Shown: positions 54,895 to 64,000, counted from the first letter of the stretch. The stretch: 64,000 nucleotides of DNA from Pyrinomonadaceae bacterium (GCA_046313635.1 JBKBYA010000001.1:620340-684339), one strand, 5' to 3'. Translations and numbers: made by a program. The notes: a model not told the origin generated them from the letters alone.

Positions 54895-55272
54895 ATTCAT
54901 GAGAATGAAATTTCCGGAGCCATCGTCGATGCAGCATATCAAATCCACACCACTCTAGGTCCCGGACTGCTCGAGTCGGTTTATGAGGTTGTGCTTGCAT
55001 ATGAACTTCGAAAACGCGGCTTCGATCTAGCGATCCAGCAGCCGATACCTGTTGTCTATGATGAAGTGAAGCTCGAGCTAGGGTTCCGGGCCGATATCAT
55101 CGTCGACCGCAAGGTTGTCATCGAGGTCAAGTCGGTCGAAGTTGTTGCTCCGGTTCACGCCAAACAGCTGCGGACGTACCTGCGCTTGATGGATATTAGA
55201 TTGGGATTGCTGATCAACTTCAATGTCGATCTGATCAAGAACGGGATACAGCGGGTAGTTAATAATCTCTAA
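54895..55272 (+). CDS. GxxExxY protein (PD-(D/E)xK nuclease fold); ATT start or start-loss pseudogene
   Basis: (I)HENEISGAIVDAAYQIHTTLGPGLLESVYE..FRADIIVDRKVVIEVKS..QLRTYL..GLLINFN; in-frame TGA at 54886. Confidence 0.85.
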   Translation: MHENEISGAIVDAAYQIHTTLGPGLLESVYEVVLAYELRKRGFDLAIQQPIPVVYDEVKLELGFRADIIVDRKVVIEVKSVEVVAPVHAKQLRTYLRLMDIRLGLLINFNVDLIKNGIQRVVNNL

Positions 55273-55274
55273 GA

Positions 55275-55955
55275 ATGCAAAACGAATCGTTGGCAATCGT
55301 GCTTGTATCCGGCGGCATGGACTCGTGCGTCACGGCGGCGATCGCGCGTTACGAGCGTGAAGACCTGGCCTTCCTTCACATTTCGTACGGCCAGCGGACC
55401 GAGGCTCGCGAGCGGCAGGCCTTTAACGACATCGCCGATTTTTACGGCGTCGAACGGCGCCTCGACGTCTCGATCGAGTACCTCGCAAAGATCGGCGGGT
55501 CGTCGCTGACTGACAACAACATCGAGGTTTCCGAGGCCGATCTTGAATCGAAAGAGATCCCGACCAGCTACGTCCCCTTCCGCAATGCGAACATGCTCGC
55601 GATCGCGACGAGCTGGGCCGAGGTGAGCGGCGCGAGTGCGATCTACATCGGCGCGGTGGCCGAGGACTCGAGCGGTTACCCGGATTGCCGGCCGGAGTTT
55701 TACGAGGCGTTTCAGCGGACGATCGACGCCGGTACAAAACCCGACACTCGCATCGAGATCCGCACGCCGATCATTCATCTCTCAAAGGCCGAAATTGTGA
55801 AGAAAGGGATCGAGCTCGGCGCACCGCTGCACCTGACGTGGTCGTGTTATCGCAGCGAGACGCTCGCCTGCGGCACGTGCGACTCGTGCGCGCTCAGGCT
55901 GCGAGGATTTGAGCAGGCGGGCGTCGAGGACCCGATCGCTTACGAAGAAAACTAG
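55275..55955 (+). CDS. queC: 7-cyano-7-deazaguanine synthase
   Basis: SGGMDS, YGQR, YVPFRN, YPDCR, TWSCY, CGTCDSC. Confidence 0.96.
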   Translation: MQNESLAIVLVSGGMDSCVTAAIARYEREDLAFLHISYGQRTEARERQAFNDIADFYGVERRLDVSIEYLAKIGGSSLTDNNIEVSEADLESKEIPTSYVPFRNANMLAIATSWAEVSGASAIYIGAVAEDSSGYPDCRPEFYEAFQRTIDAGTKPDTRIEIRTPIIHLSKAEIVKKGIELGAPLHLTWSCYRSETLACGTCDSCALRLRGFEQAGVEDPIAYEEN

Positions 55956-55987
55956 CTGTCAGCTATCAGCTATCAGCTGACAGCTAG
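55952..55987. repeat. Heptamer (CAGCTAT-type) palindromic array overlapping the queC stop
   Basis: ctagctgt cagctat cagctat cagctga cagctag. Confidence 0.75.
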
Positions 55988-56005
55988 GCGAGTACAGCGC
56001 GGAGC

Positions 56006-57274
56006 TCATACCGCGAGCCGTTCGCGCTTCACCGTGAGGCCGTCGAGGTCGCCGAGCGCTCCGAAGGCGATCGACTCGGTCTTGAAAAAGTCCCTTGCGA
56101 TCGCCGCGACCTCGTCGGTCGTGACGGCGTCGATATTCGCGAGCGTCTCTTCGACCGAGATCTGGCGGCCGTGGACCATCTCGGACTGCGCCATCGACGC
56201 GGCACGCGCGGCGGAATCCTCGAGACTGAGCAGCACCGAGGCGCGGGCTTGGGCCTTTGCGAGTTCGAGTTCGCGCTCGTCGACGCCGCTGCGCACGACG
56301 TTTCGCAATTCACCGATAGAGATGTCGATCACCTCGTCGGTTTGCTCCGGCGACGTGCCGGCAAAGATCGAAAAGACGCCGCAGTCAAGATACATCGCCG
56401 CCGAAGTGCCGACGCTGTATGCAAGCCCGCGCTCCTCGCGGATCTTTTGCCAGAGGCGGCTCGACATTCCGCCGCCGAGGATGCCCGACAGCAGATCGGC
56501 CGCATAGCGTCGCCGGTCGGTCGCCGCGACGAATGGCGTCGCGATGATCAGATGCGCCTGCTCGAGGTCGGGCTTGCGGCGAATGACGATCGGCGCGGCC
56601 GGCGATGGCGGCTCGATCGCGGATTGCGGATTTCGGATCTCGGATTTGCCGAAGTGCTTCTCCGCGAGCCCGACGATCTGTTCGTGATGGACATTGCCGG
56701 CGGCGGTGATGACGAGATTGCCGGCGTGGTACATCTCGCGGTGGAATGCGGCGGTCGTCTTGTGATCGAACGTCCGCACCGTCTCCGGCGTGCCCGCGAT
56801 CGAGAGGCCGAGCGGATGATCGGCGAAGTACTCCCTGGTAAAGATCTCGCCGAGCAGCTCCTCGGGCGAGTCGTCGAGCATCTTGATCTCCTCGATGATG
56901 ACGCGCTGCTCGCTCTCGAGCTCGGCGTCGTCAAATCGCGGATCGTTCATCATATCGGCCAGCAGGTCGAATGCGTGCTCGAGCTGATCGTCGATGACCT
57001 TGATCGCAAATCCCGTCTCTTCGTGCGTCGTAAAAGCGTCGAGCCCGCCGCCGAGGCGGTCCTGCTCGATCGCGATGTCGAGAGCCGAGCGCCGGCCCGT
57101 GCCCTTAAAGACGGTGTGCTCGATAAAGTGCGAGATGCCCTTCAGCTCAACCGGCTCGTGCCGCGCTCCGACGCGATAAAAAAAGCCGAGCGTCACTGAA
57201 CGCACGCCCGGCATCCTGTCCGTGAGAATTGTCAACCCGCTCGTAAAGCGGGTCTCCTCGATGTCTTCCTTCAT
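56006..57274 (-). CDS. M16 family zinc peptidase
   Basis: GISHFIEH (HxxEH), EQRVIIEE, GGGMSSRLWQKIREERGLAYSV. Confidence 0.93.
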   Translation of the reverse strand: MKEDIEETRFTSGLTILTDRMPGVRSVTLGFFYRVGARHEPVELKGISHFIEHTVFKGTGRRSALDIAIEQDRLGGGLDAFTTHEETGFAIKVIDDQLEHAFDLLADMMNDPRFDDAELESEQRVIIEEIKMLDDSPEELLGEIFTREYFADHPLGLSIAGTPETVRTFDHKTTAAFHREMYHAGNLVITAAGNVHHEQIVGLAEKHFGKSEIRNPQSAIEPPSPAAPIVIRRKPDLEQAHLIIATPFVAATDRRRYAADLLSGILGGGMSSRLWQKIREERGLAYSVGTSAAMYLDCGVFSIFAGTSPEQTDEVIDISIGELRNVVRSGVDERELELAKAQARASVLLSLEDSAARAASMAQSEMVHGRQISVEETLANIDAVTTDEVAAIARDFFKTESIAFGALGDLDGLTVKRERLAV

Positions 57275-57349
57275 TGCTTGGCGAACATTGCTTGGCGAAG
57301 GACTAGGGTAGCAAAGTCGGTCGAGCCGCGGTAGCCGAAAGATGAATTG

Positions 57350-57430
57350 GCCGCGGATCTGCACGGATCGGGCGGATAAGGAAGGCTGAATCAAATTTCC
57401 TATCCGCGCGATCCGCGCTGATCCGCGGCT
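57350..57430. repeat. Inverted ~9-bp-unit array of the cgcggat family
   Basis: gccgcggat ctgcacggat cgggcggat..atccgcgcg atccgcgctg atccgcggc. Confidence 0.8.
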
Positions 57431-57439
57431 AAAGCTCCT

Positions 57440-59857
57440 CTAATTGCTGATCGCGTTAAAGAGCAGCGGGAATGTCGCCAAGCTCTGGCCGCGGTACTGC
57501 GGGCGGAAGCCGAAGAGGATGATCCGGCCTTTGCCGACCTTTACCTCGACAAGCGCGGCCTTGCCGGCGATCTTCTCCGCGCCGAGTGCCCAGCCGGAGA
57601 GAAGGATCTGCTTCGGGTCCGAAGGGTAGCGGGCGATGATGCGAATATCATCTCGCTTGATGAGCTGCCATGGGGTCGGGGGACCTGAACCCGTGCTTGC
57701 CCAGCCAGAATACAATTCAAACGCCGGGCCGTTCTCAAACCACGCGATCGATTCTTTTGGCATTCCCTTGGCGATCGGGTGCGCGGTGTCGAGCTCGGTG
57801 CGAAGGATCGAGCCGGGGATGTAGAAGTCTTTCCTCGCGAGCCCTTTCGTCACGTCGCGGACCGGCAAATTGAACTGCTCGATCGCGAAGTCCGACGAGC
57901 GGTTGAGAAATACGAGCGTGCCGCCGGCCTCGACAAACTTTTTCAGATTCTCGACGCCTTCTTTCCCGACGCCCCCGGTGTATTCGTCGGGCATCGAGCC
58001 TTTCGCGTAGCCGTTCAATATCTGATTGGGCGATTGGTCGGGGAAAACGATGTAAGAGCGGGCGTCGCCGCGGAGAGCAGATATTTCTCCATTTCGGATC
58101 GATGAGTACTTAAAGCTCATCGTCGGCCCGGAATCTGCCAACCGGTTGTAGTTTTCAAACACCCAGCGTGTCCATCCCTCGTCCATCGACGGCGTCTCCG
58201 ACCGGTAAAGCCGGATCGTGCGCTTCGCCGGCGGAGGTGCAGGCGGATTGGCCGCCGGGGAGTACATAAACGGTTTTTGAGGTGGAAACCTGATCGGTTC
58301 GTAAACCGGGACGGTCTTTACATCCATCAGGCGGTTGAGCGAGTGAGCCGTCACGTCGTACGGGGGGATCGGCGCGCCATTCGCGTCCTTCAGATCCGGG
58401 TAGTGCTGGTCCTCAAGCAACGCTTTGGCAAAGGCCGCGTACGGCTGATCCATCCGAATTATCGTCGTCCCATTCGGGTATTTCACGCCCTTGTACGTGA
58501 ATTCACCCGCTTGGTCGAACGTCACACCGGCTTTATAAAGGGAACCACGCAGCGTGAACCACTGCAGGTTCTCGGGCTCATTCACGATTATCGAGTGGAG
58601 CTCGCCCGCTTTCCTCGGCCGCACCGCCTCTTTGCCGATCTCATAAAACCTCGACAGCCATTTCTCACGATTATCCGCCGCGTGGTTTAGCAGACTAAAC
58701 GCGGCGGTGGTCATGTAGTTCGTGATGTCTCTCAGCCGCCATTCGCCGCCGCGCCAGACGGGGCCGAAGTTTGCGGATTCGACCTTTGGGTCGTAGCCGT
58801 CGTCGGCAGGGACGCGGAGGTTTTCGAATTTGATATTCACCGGCGTCGCGAGCCGTGCCGAAGCGGTCTCGCTCAAAATGCGCACGCCGCCGTGGTAGTG
58901 CGAATAGGCGCGCGCGGGTGTCCAGGCGTCGTAGGTCGAGTTGGTCGTGATGCCGGCAAGGCCCTGCTTGCGAAGATCGGCGGCCATATAGTTGCCGAGC
59001 TCGGTGTAGCCTTCGACGATCTGTTTGGGGACGTTCGGCTCGACGGGCTGCATATACGGCGGCAGGAAGAGCCGCGAGCCGTTCTGGCCCTGCTGGTGAA
59101 TGTCATGGACGATCTGCGGGTGCCAGACATTGTGAATTTTATCGACCGTCAGCTGCGTCTCGACCTGCGTGAAGGCGTACCAGTCGCGATTGTTATCGTG
59201 GCCGACGTACTTGTGATAGAGCTCCGGCGGCTCGGTGCCTTCGAATGGCGTGCCGAGCGTCTTGTCATACCAATTCTTGACGATGTCGACGCCGTCGGGG
59301 TTGAGCGAGGGCACGAGCAGGACGATCGTGTTGTCGAGGATCTTTTTGATCTCGGGTTCATTCGAGCTTGCCAGTCTATGCGCGATCAGCATCGACGAGA
59401 GCGTCGAGCCGACCTCGGTCGAGTGTATGCCGCAGGTGATGAGGACGATCGTCTTGCCGTCGCGGATGAATCGCTGCGCGTACGTCTCGGGAGCTCCCCG
59501 CTTTCGGTTAAAAAGCCTCGGGTCCGCGAGGTTGTCGTTGATCTCCTTGTAGCGGCCGAGGTCGTCGAGATTCTCCGGTGAGCTGATCGTGGCGTAAACG
59601 AACGGTGCTCCCATCGTCGTCTTGCCGATCTCTTCAAACATCACGCGGTCGGAGGCGGCGTCGAGCTTTTTAAAATAGTCCACGATCTGCGCCCAGCTCG
59701 CGAGCTTGCGGTCGTCGCCGGGCGTGAAGCCGAGCGTATCCTTTGGCGCCGGGATGGCCGTCTGCGCGGCGGTCGGCAAGAATAAGAAAAGAAATATCCC
59801 GCAAAGACGCAGAGACGCGAAGAGGGAAGACGCAGGGAAGAAGAGTCGAGTTTTCAT
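57440..59857 (-). CDS. M14 family zinc carboxypeptidase, exported
   Basis: GIHSTE (HxxE), LNPDG, DNNRD, HDIHQ, MDEGWTRW, FGFRPQYR. Confidence 0.9.
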   Translation of the reverse strand: MKTRLFFPASSLFASLRLCGIFLFLFLPTAAQTAIPAPKDTLGFTPGDDRKLASWAQIVDYFKKLDAASDRVMFEEIGKTTMGAPFVYATISSPENLDDLGRYKEINDNLADPRLFNRKRGAPETYAQRFIRDGKTIVLITCGIHSTEVGSTLSSMLIAHRLASSNEPEIKKILDNTIVLLVPSLNPDGVDIVKNWYDKTLGTPFEGTEPPELYHKYVGHDNNRDWYAFTQVETQLTVDKIHNVWHPQIVHDIHQQGQNGSRLFLPPYMQPVEPNVPKQIVEGYTELGNYMAADLRKQGLAGITTNSTYDAWTPARAYSHYHGGVRILSETASARLATPVNIKFENLRVPADDGYDPKVESANFGPVWRGGEWRLRDITNYMTTAAFSLLNHAADNREKWLSRFYEIGKEAVRPRKAGELHSIIVNEPENLQWFTLRGSLYKAGVTFDQAGEFTYKGVKYPNGTTIIRMDQPYAAFAKALLEDQHYPDLKDANGAPIPPYDVTAHSLNRLMDVKTVPVYEPIRFPPQKPFMYSPAANPPAPPPAKRTIRLYRSETPSMDEGWTRWVFENYNRLADSGPTMSFKYSSIRNGEISALRGDARSYIVFPDQSPNQILNGYAKGSMPDEYTGGVGKEGVENLKKFVEAGGTLVFLNRSSDFAIEQFNLPVRDVTKGLARKDFYIPGSILRTELDTAHPIAKGMPKESIAWFENGPAFELYSGWASTGSGPPTPWQLIKRDDIRIIARYPSDPKQILLSGWALGAEKIAGKAALVEVKVGKGRIILFGFRPQYRGQSLATFPLLFNAISN

Positions 59858-59903
59858 ATTTCAGATCGGCGAACAGTGTAAGGCAGAAACACGGCGGGCG
59901 GGA

Positions 59904-60038
59904 AGGGTTCAGGGTTCGGAGTTCCGAGTTCGGAGTTCGGAGTTTTAGAGTTCAGAGTTCGGAGTTCAGTGTTCAAGGCGAGAGTTTAGGTGGGTCTCGA
60001 TTCCGAACCCTGAACTCCGAACCCTGAACCCTGAACTC
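59904..60038. repeat. Inverted heptamer array (NGRGTTC)~10 / (GAACYCY)5
   Basis: agggttc agggttc ggagttc cgagttc ggagttc.. opposed by gaaccct gaactcc gaaccct gaaccct gaactc. Confidence 0.88.
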
Positions 60039-60148
60039 ACGACGTTGCTTGCCTGTTTTGCGCAACTAACGGTACAGTAACGCAAGTTTCTCAATCTCAA
60101 AGCTTTCCCCCCCCGAACGAGACAATCAACCAGGAGGTTCGTTGCTGG

Positions 60149-62485
60149 ATGCGAAATCCCTTTTTAGAAAATTTTCGCCCGTACATTCCCGATCACGTCA
60201 AGATCCGTGAGCTGACCGTTTTTCCGCTCATCGTCGGCACACTGCTCGGCATCATCTTCGGTGCTTCGTCGCTGTACCTCGTTCTGAAGACGGGTCTCAC
60301 CGTCTCGGCCTCGATCCCGGTGGCGGTCATCGCGATCACGCTGTTTCGGCTGATGTCGAAATTTGGCGCGCGCGACGCGACGATCCTCGAAGCAAACGTG
60401 ATGCAGACCGCGGGCTCGGCCGGCGAGTCGATCGCCTTCGGCGTCGGCGTGACGATGCCGGCGATCCTCATTCTCGGTTTCGACCTCGAGGTCACGCGCG
60501 TGATGCTCGTCGCCGTGCTCGGCGGGCTGCTCGGCATCCTGATGATGATCCCGCTGCGTCGAGCGCTCATAAGGGACCAGCACGGCCTGCTCAAGTACCC
60601 CGAGGGCACGGCCTGCGCGCAGGTGCTGATCGCCGGGGCCTCAAAAGAATCTCGCGACGCCGCCCACCAGGGCGAAGGCGCCGGCGCCGCAGAGAGCGAC
60701 GCTCAGGTGCTGCAGCGAGGGAAGATCATTACGGCCGGATTCGTCATCGGGTTTTTGTACAAGTCGGTGATGGACGTATTCAGCTTTTGGAAGGGTGAGC
60801 CCGGAAAGGAGTTCAGCGACCAGACGCTCAAGGGCGGCTCCGTTGCACTCGAGAATAACCCCGCCCTTCTCGGCGTCGGCTACATCATCGGGCCGTATAT
60901 CTCCTCGATAATGATGGCCGGCGGCGTGCTGTCGTATCTCGTGCTGATCCCGATGATCAAGTACTTCGGCACAGGGCTCACCGAGCCGATCGCTCCCGAG
61001 CTCACACAGACGATCGACGAGATGAGCCCGAGCGGCGTACGCGGCGCGTACATTCTCTACATCGGCGCGGGCGCGGTCGCGACGGCCGGCATCATCAGCC
61101 TGTTTCGCAGCCTGCCGACGATCTGGCACGGATTGAAGTCGGGACTCAAAGACCTGCGCGGCGGCCAGAACGGCGAGAACGGCGAGGGTCTGCCGCGTAC
61201 CGATCAGGACCTCTCGATGAAGTGGGTCGTCATCGGCGTGATCGTCCTGATGGCCGCGATAATGCTCGCGCCGCAGTTGGGCATCAGCGTCTTTCAGCAT
61301 CCGTTCGTGTCGTTCCTCGGCGCGCTGCTGATCGTGGTGCTGGGCTTTTTGTTCGTCACCGTCTCGTCGCGTCTGACGGGCGAGGTCGGCTCGTCGTCAA
61401 ACCCGATCTCGGGAATGACGGTCGCGACGCTCTTGATCACGTGTCTCGTCTTTTTGGCTCTCGGATGGACACAGCCGGATCCGTACTTCGTCACGGCGCT
61501 GTCGATCGGCGGCATCGTGTGTATCGCCGCTTCGAATGGCGGCACGACGTCGCAGGACCTGAAGACCGGCTTCCTCGTCGGCGGCACACCGCGCAATCAG
61601 CAGATCGCCATTCTCGTCGGAGCGCTCGCCTCGGCGCTCGTGCTCGGGCCGCTGCTTATCTTCCTGAACGATTCAAAGACGTACTACGCCAAGCCCGATC
61701 CGCAGATCGCCGCCTACACCGTCCGCGAGGACCAGCTCGCGCGTGACGGCTCGCAGCTTCGCGCAGAGAAGGCCGGCGGCAACTTCGCCTCCGATACCAA
61801 CACGTACCGCGTCTGGCACAACACCGACCCGAAGGTCGGCCAGGAGGGCAAGTACCTCGTCGACCAGCAGGGACATCCGGTCTATTTTGTCGACCCGACG
61901 ATCAACGGCGTGATCCGCAAGGACGAGGCCGGCAACGACATCGAGCGTTACGACGCGCCCAAGGCGACGCTGATGAGCTACATAATCAAGGGGATCCTCA
62001 GCCAGCAGCTGCCGTGGGGACTTGTGCTCATCGGCGCGATGATCGCAATCATGCTCGAGCTCACCGGAGCTCCGGCGCTCGCCTTCGCGGTCGGACTTTA
62101 CCTGCCGATCTCGACAAGCGCTCCGATCTTTGTCGGCGGAATGGTCCGCTGGCTCGTCGATCTCTATCTCAAGCGCCGGCTCGCCGCGCAAAACCTGACC
62201 GAGGACCAGATCATCGCCGAGACCGATAAATCCAACGGCGTGCTGCTCGCCTCGGGCTACATCGCCGGCGGCGCGATCGCCGGCATCCTGATCGCCGTCT
62301 TCGCCGTCGTGCCCGCGCTGCAAGAGCTGCAGGCGAGCGCGAACGCGTGGGCGAAGGAGCATAATCCGTTCTTCGCCGGCGATTCGGCCGACATCTTGGG
62401 TCTGCTGCCATTCGCCGCTCTTGCCGTGCTGCTCTACTTTGTCGGCCGCGAGATCCTGATGGCCGGCAAGAAAGAGATGCCCTAG
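60149..62485 (+). CDS. OPT family oligopeptide transporter
   Basis: LKTGLTVSASIP, QTAGSAGES, YPEGTACA, SSSNPISG, QDLKTGFLVG, APKATLM; AGGAGG upstream. Confidence 0.94.
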   Translation: MRNPFLENFRPYIPDHVKIRELTVFPLIVGTLLGIIFGASSLYLVLKTGLTVSASIPVAVIAITLFRLMSKFGARDATILEANVMQTAGSAGESIAFGVGVTMPAILILGFDLEVTRVMLVAVLGGLLGILMMIPLRRALIRDQHGLLKYPEGTACAQVLIAGASKESRDAAHQGEGAGAAESDAQVLQRGKIITAGFVIGFLYKSVMDVFSFWKGEPGKEFSDQTLKGGSVALENNPALLGVGYIIGPYISSIMMAGGVLSYLVLIPMIKYFGTGLTEPIAPELTQTIDEMSPSGVRGAYILYIGAGAVATAGIISLFRSLPTIWHGLKSGLKDLRGGQNGENGEGLPRTDQDLSMKWVVIGVIVLMAAIMLAPQLGISVFQHPFVSFLGALLIVVLGFLFVTVSSRLTGEVGSSSNPISGMTVATLLITCLVFLALGWTQPDPYFVTALSIGGIVCIAASNGGTTSQDLKTGFLVGGTPRNQQIAILVGALASALVLGPLLIFLNDSKTYYAKPDPQIAAYTVREDQLARDGSQLRAEKAGGNFASDTNTYRVWHNTDPKVGQEGKYLVDQQGHPVYFVDPTINGVIRKDEAGNDIERYDAPKATLMSYIIKGILSQQLPWGLVLIGAMIAIMLELTGAPALAFAVGLYLPISTSAPIFVGGMVRWLVDLYLKRRLAAQNLTEDQIIAETDKSNGVLLASGYIAGGAIAGILIAVFAVVPALQELQASANAWAKEHNPFFAGDSADILGLLPFAALAVLLYFVGREILMAGKKEMP

Positions 62486-62630
62486 GCCGCGGGTAAAAAC
62501 CTGTTACCTTTTCCGGGAAGACACGCTATAATGCCCAGGCGTGTCTTCTCGTTTTTCTGCGTGACACGCCGCACTTTTAGGCCTTCAGCCCTGACTCTCA
62601 AGTCTCGTTTTTCCTGAAAAGTTCAATTCG

Positions 62631-63500
62631 ATGACCGCAATGATTATCCGGCAGACGCTCATATTGTCCGCGATCGCGGCGGCAGGCCTTTTGGCAAACG
62701 GCTGCTCGGCCGAAGCCGCACGCATATCGACGGCTCAGCCGCTCGCCGCAGAAGCTGCCGCCTCCGCCCAGCCGGGCAAACGGTACGCGAGCGGCGCAAC
62801 GATCGAGATCGCGCCCAACTCGCCCGCCGATACGGTCCGCGCCTTTTACCAAAACCTGCGCGAGGGGAAGATCCGCGCGGCGATATACCTGACCAACCTG
62901 CGGCCCGCGATCGAGGGACTGACCGACGCCGAGCTTAAAGAATTTCAGGTCGACTTTGAAACGCTCGCGAGGCAGGTGCCCGAGAGCCTCGAAATCAACG
63001 GCGAGATCACGACAGGTGATCGCGCAAGCGTGACGGTGCGGCTGCCTTTGCCCGACGATCCGTCCAAAACGGACGTTCAGGAGATACAGCTCCGGCGCGA
63101 CGGCGACGTGTGGGTCATACTCACGGTCGACGAGCAGGCCGAGAAAAAGATACGTCAGGAAGGCAGGAACTACTTCTTTGCGCTCAAGATCGCGACGCAC
63201 CAGGACGAGGCGCGCGCGATGCTCGACCGCATCGCAAAGGCGCAGATGGTCTACGCGACGCAGAACGGCGGATCGTTTGGCGAGATGCAGCAGCTGATCG
63301 ACGCGGGGCTGCTGCCCGAGGATGTGAAGTCGTCAGACTCGACCGGCTACGGCTATTCGATCAAGCTCTCGGCCGACAAAAAGAATTATTCCGCGACCGC
63401 CGCTCCGGCCGTTTACGGCAAGACCGGCAAACTTACTTTTGAAGTGCAGTTGAAGGGGAGCACGCCTTACCTCACGAGCCGCGACACGGGCGGCAAATAG
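62631..63500 (+). CDS. Putative lipoprotein
   Basis: Hydrophobic N-terminus ending ANGC; SPADTVRAFY; C-terminal TAAPAVYGKTG. Confidence 0.72.
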   Translation: MTAMIIRQTLILSAIAAAGLLANGCSAEAARISTAQPLAAEAAASAQPGKRYASGATIEIAPNSPADTVRAFYQNLREGKIRAAIYLTNLRPAIEGLTDAELKEFQVDFETLARQVPESLEINGEITTGDRASVTVRLPLPDDPSKTDVQEIQLRRDGDVWVILTVDEQAEKKIRQEGRNYFFALKIATHQDEARAMLDRIAKAQMVYATQNGGSFGEMQQLIDAGLLPEDVKSSDSTGYGYSIKLSADKKNYSATAAPAVYGKTGKLTFEVQLKGSTPYLTSRDTGGK

Positions 63501-63534
63501 CGAGCGATCTTCAAACCGTACGCCGACACCGACA

Positions 63535-64000
63535 ATGCTGCTTCGCAAATTGGCATCGATCGTCACCCAAACCATCGCCGAGCGTCGCGCCGCGCCGCGC
63601 AAAAAGGTTCAGCTGCCGGTCCGGATCACATTCGAGCCGCGCGCGTCCGGTCCCAAGCAGGAAGCGGCCCGGACCGATCTCTCGATCGACGGCGTCACCC
63701 GGGACGTGAGCGTGTGCGGCATCGGGGCGGTCGTCTCGTCGATCCGCGTCAAGGAGAATTACCTCGTCGGGCAAGACCGCGTCCTGCGGCTCGAGCTCGC
63801 CATCTTGCCAGCGCGGACGATCACGATGAAGGTCGTCGGGCGCCGTTATGAGGAGATCGGCTTTCACACATCGACCGAGCGATTCCTGGTCGGTCTCGAG
63901 ATCGTCGAGATGTCGGACGATGACCGCGCGGCCTACGAGCACTTCGTCGCAAACGTCGAACGCCTGGCAAAAGGCGCAGGCGGGCTCAAGCTCGAGACCC
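63535..64000 (+). CDS. PilZ-domain protein, 3'-truncated by window edge
   Basis: MLLRKLASIVTQTIAERRAAPR (RxxxR) .. TRDVSVCG (DxSxxG); frame open to base 64000. Confidence 0.8.
   Translation, partial: MLLRKLASIVTQTIAERRAAPRKKVQLPVRITFEPRASGPKQEAARTDLSIDGVTRDVSVCGIGAVVSSIRVKENYLVGQDRVLRLELAILPARTITMKVVGRRYEEIGFHTSTERFLVGLEIVEMSDDDRAAYEHFVANVERLAKGAGGLKLET

Overview
GC-rich bacterial chromosomal window with about 55 CDS, mostly housekeeping and envelope genes: ino1, tlyA, nadE, a two-lipoyl E2 plus lpdA, serA, fumC, cystathionine beta-synthase, thiO, pepP, queE/queC, several peptidases, MacB-type permeases and an OPT transporter. Gene content suggests Acidobacteriota, possibly Blastocatellia (inference). 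I recognised no rRNA, tRNA, CRISPR array or transposase. Two things stand out. (1) A ~6 kb sulfur/selenium-handling locus (30117-35993) encodes rhodaneses, a TauE transporter, an MBL persulfide dioxygenase-rhodanese fusion, DUF302, TlpA and a divergent ArsR with a clear promoter/operator. It also hides a small membrane ORF absent from the ORF track (34803-34967), with an in-frame TGA followed by a SECIS-like hairpin: a candidate 54-aa selenoprotein with a U-x4-C motif. (2) The window carries many small palindromic elements built from 7-, 8- and 9-bp tandem units, plus REP-like repeats. Some are nested in the same order at two loci, some lie inside coding sequence, and one sits just upstream of a GxxExxY nuclease-fold gene that lacks a canonical start codon. 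Product calls come from motif recognition by eye; no database searches were run.
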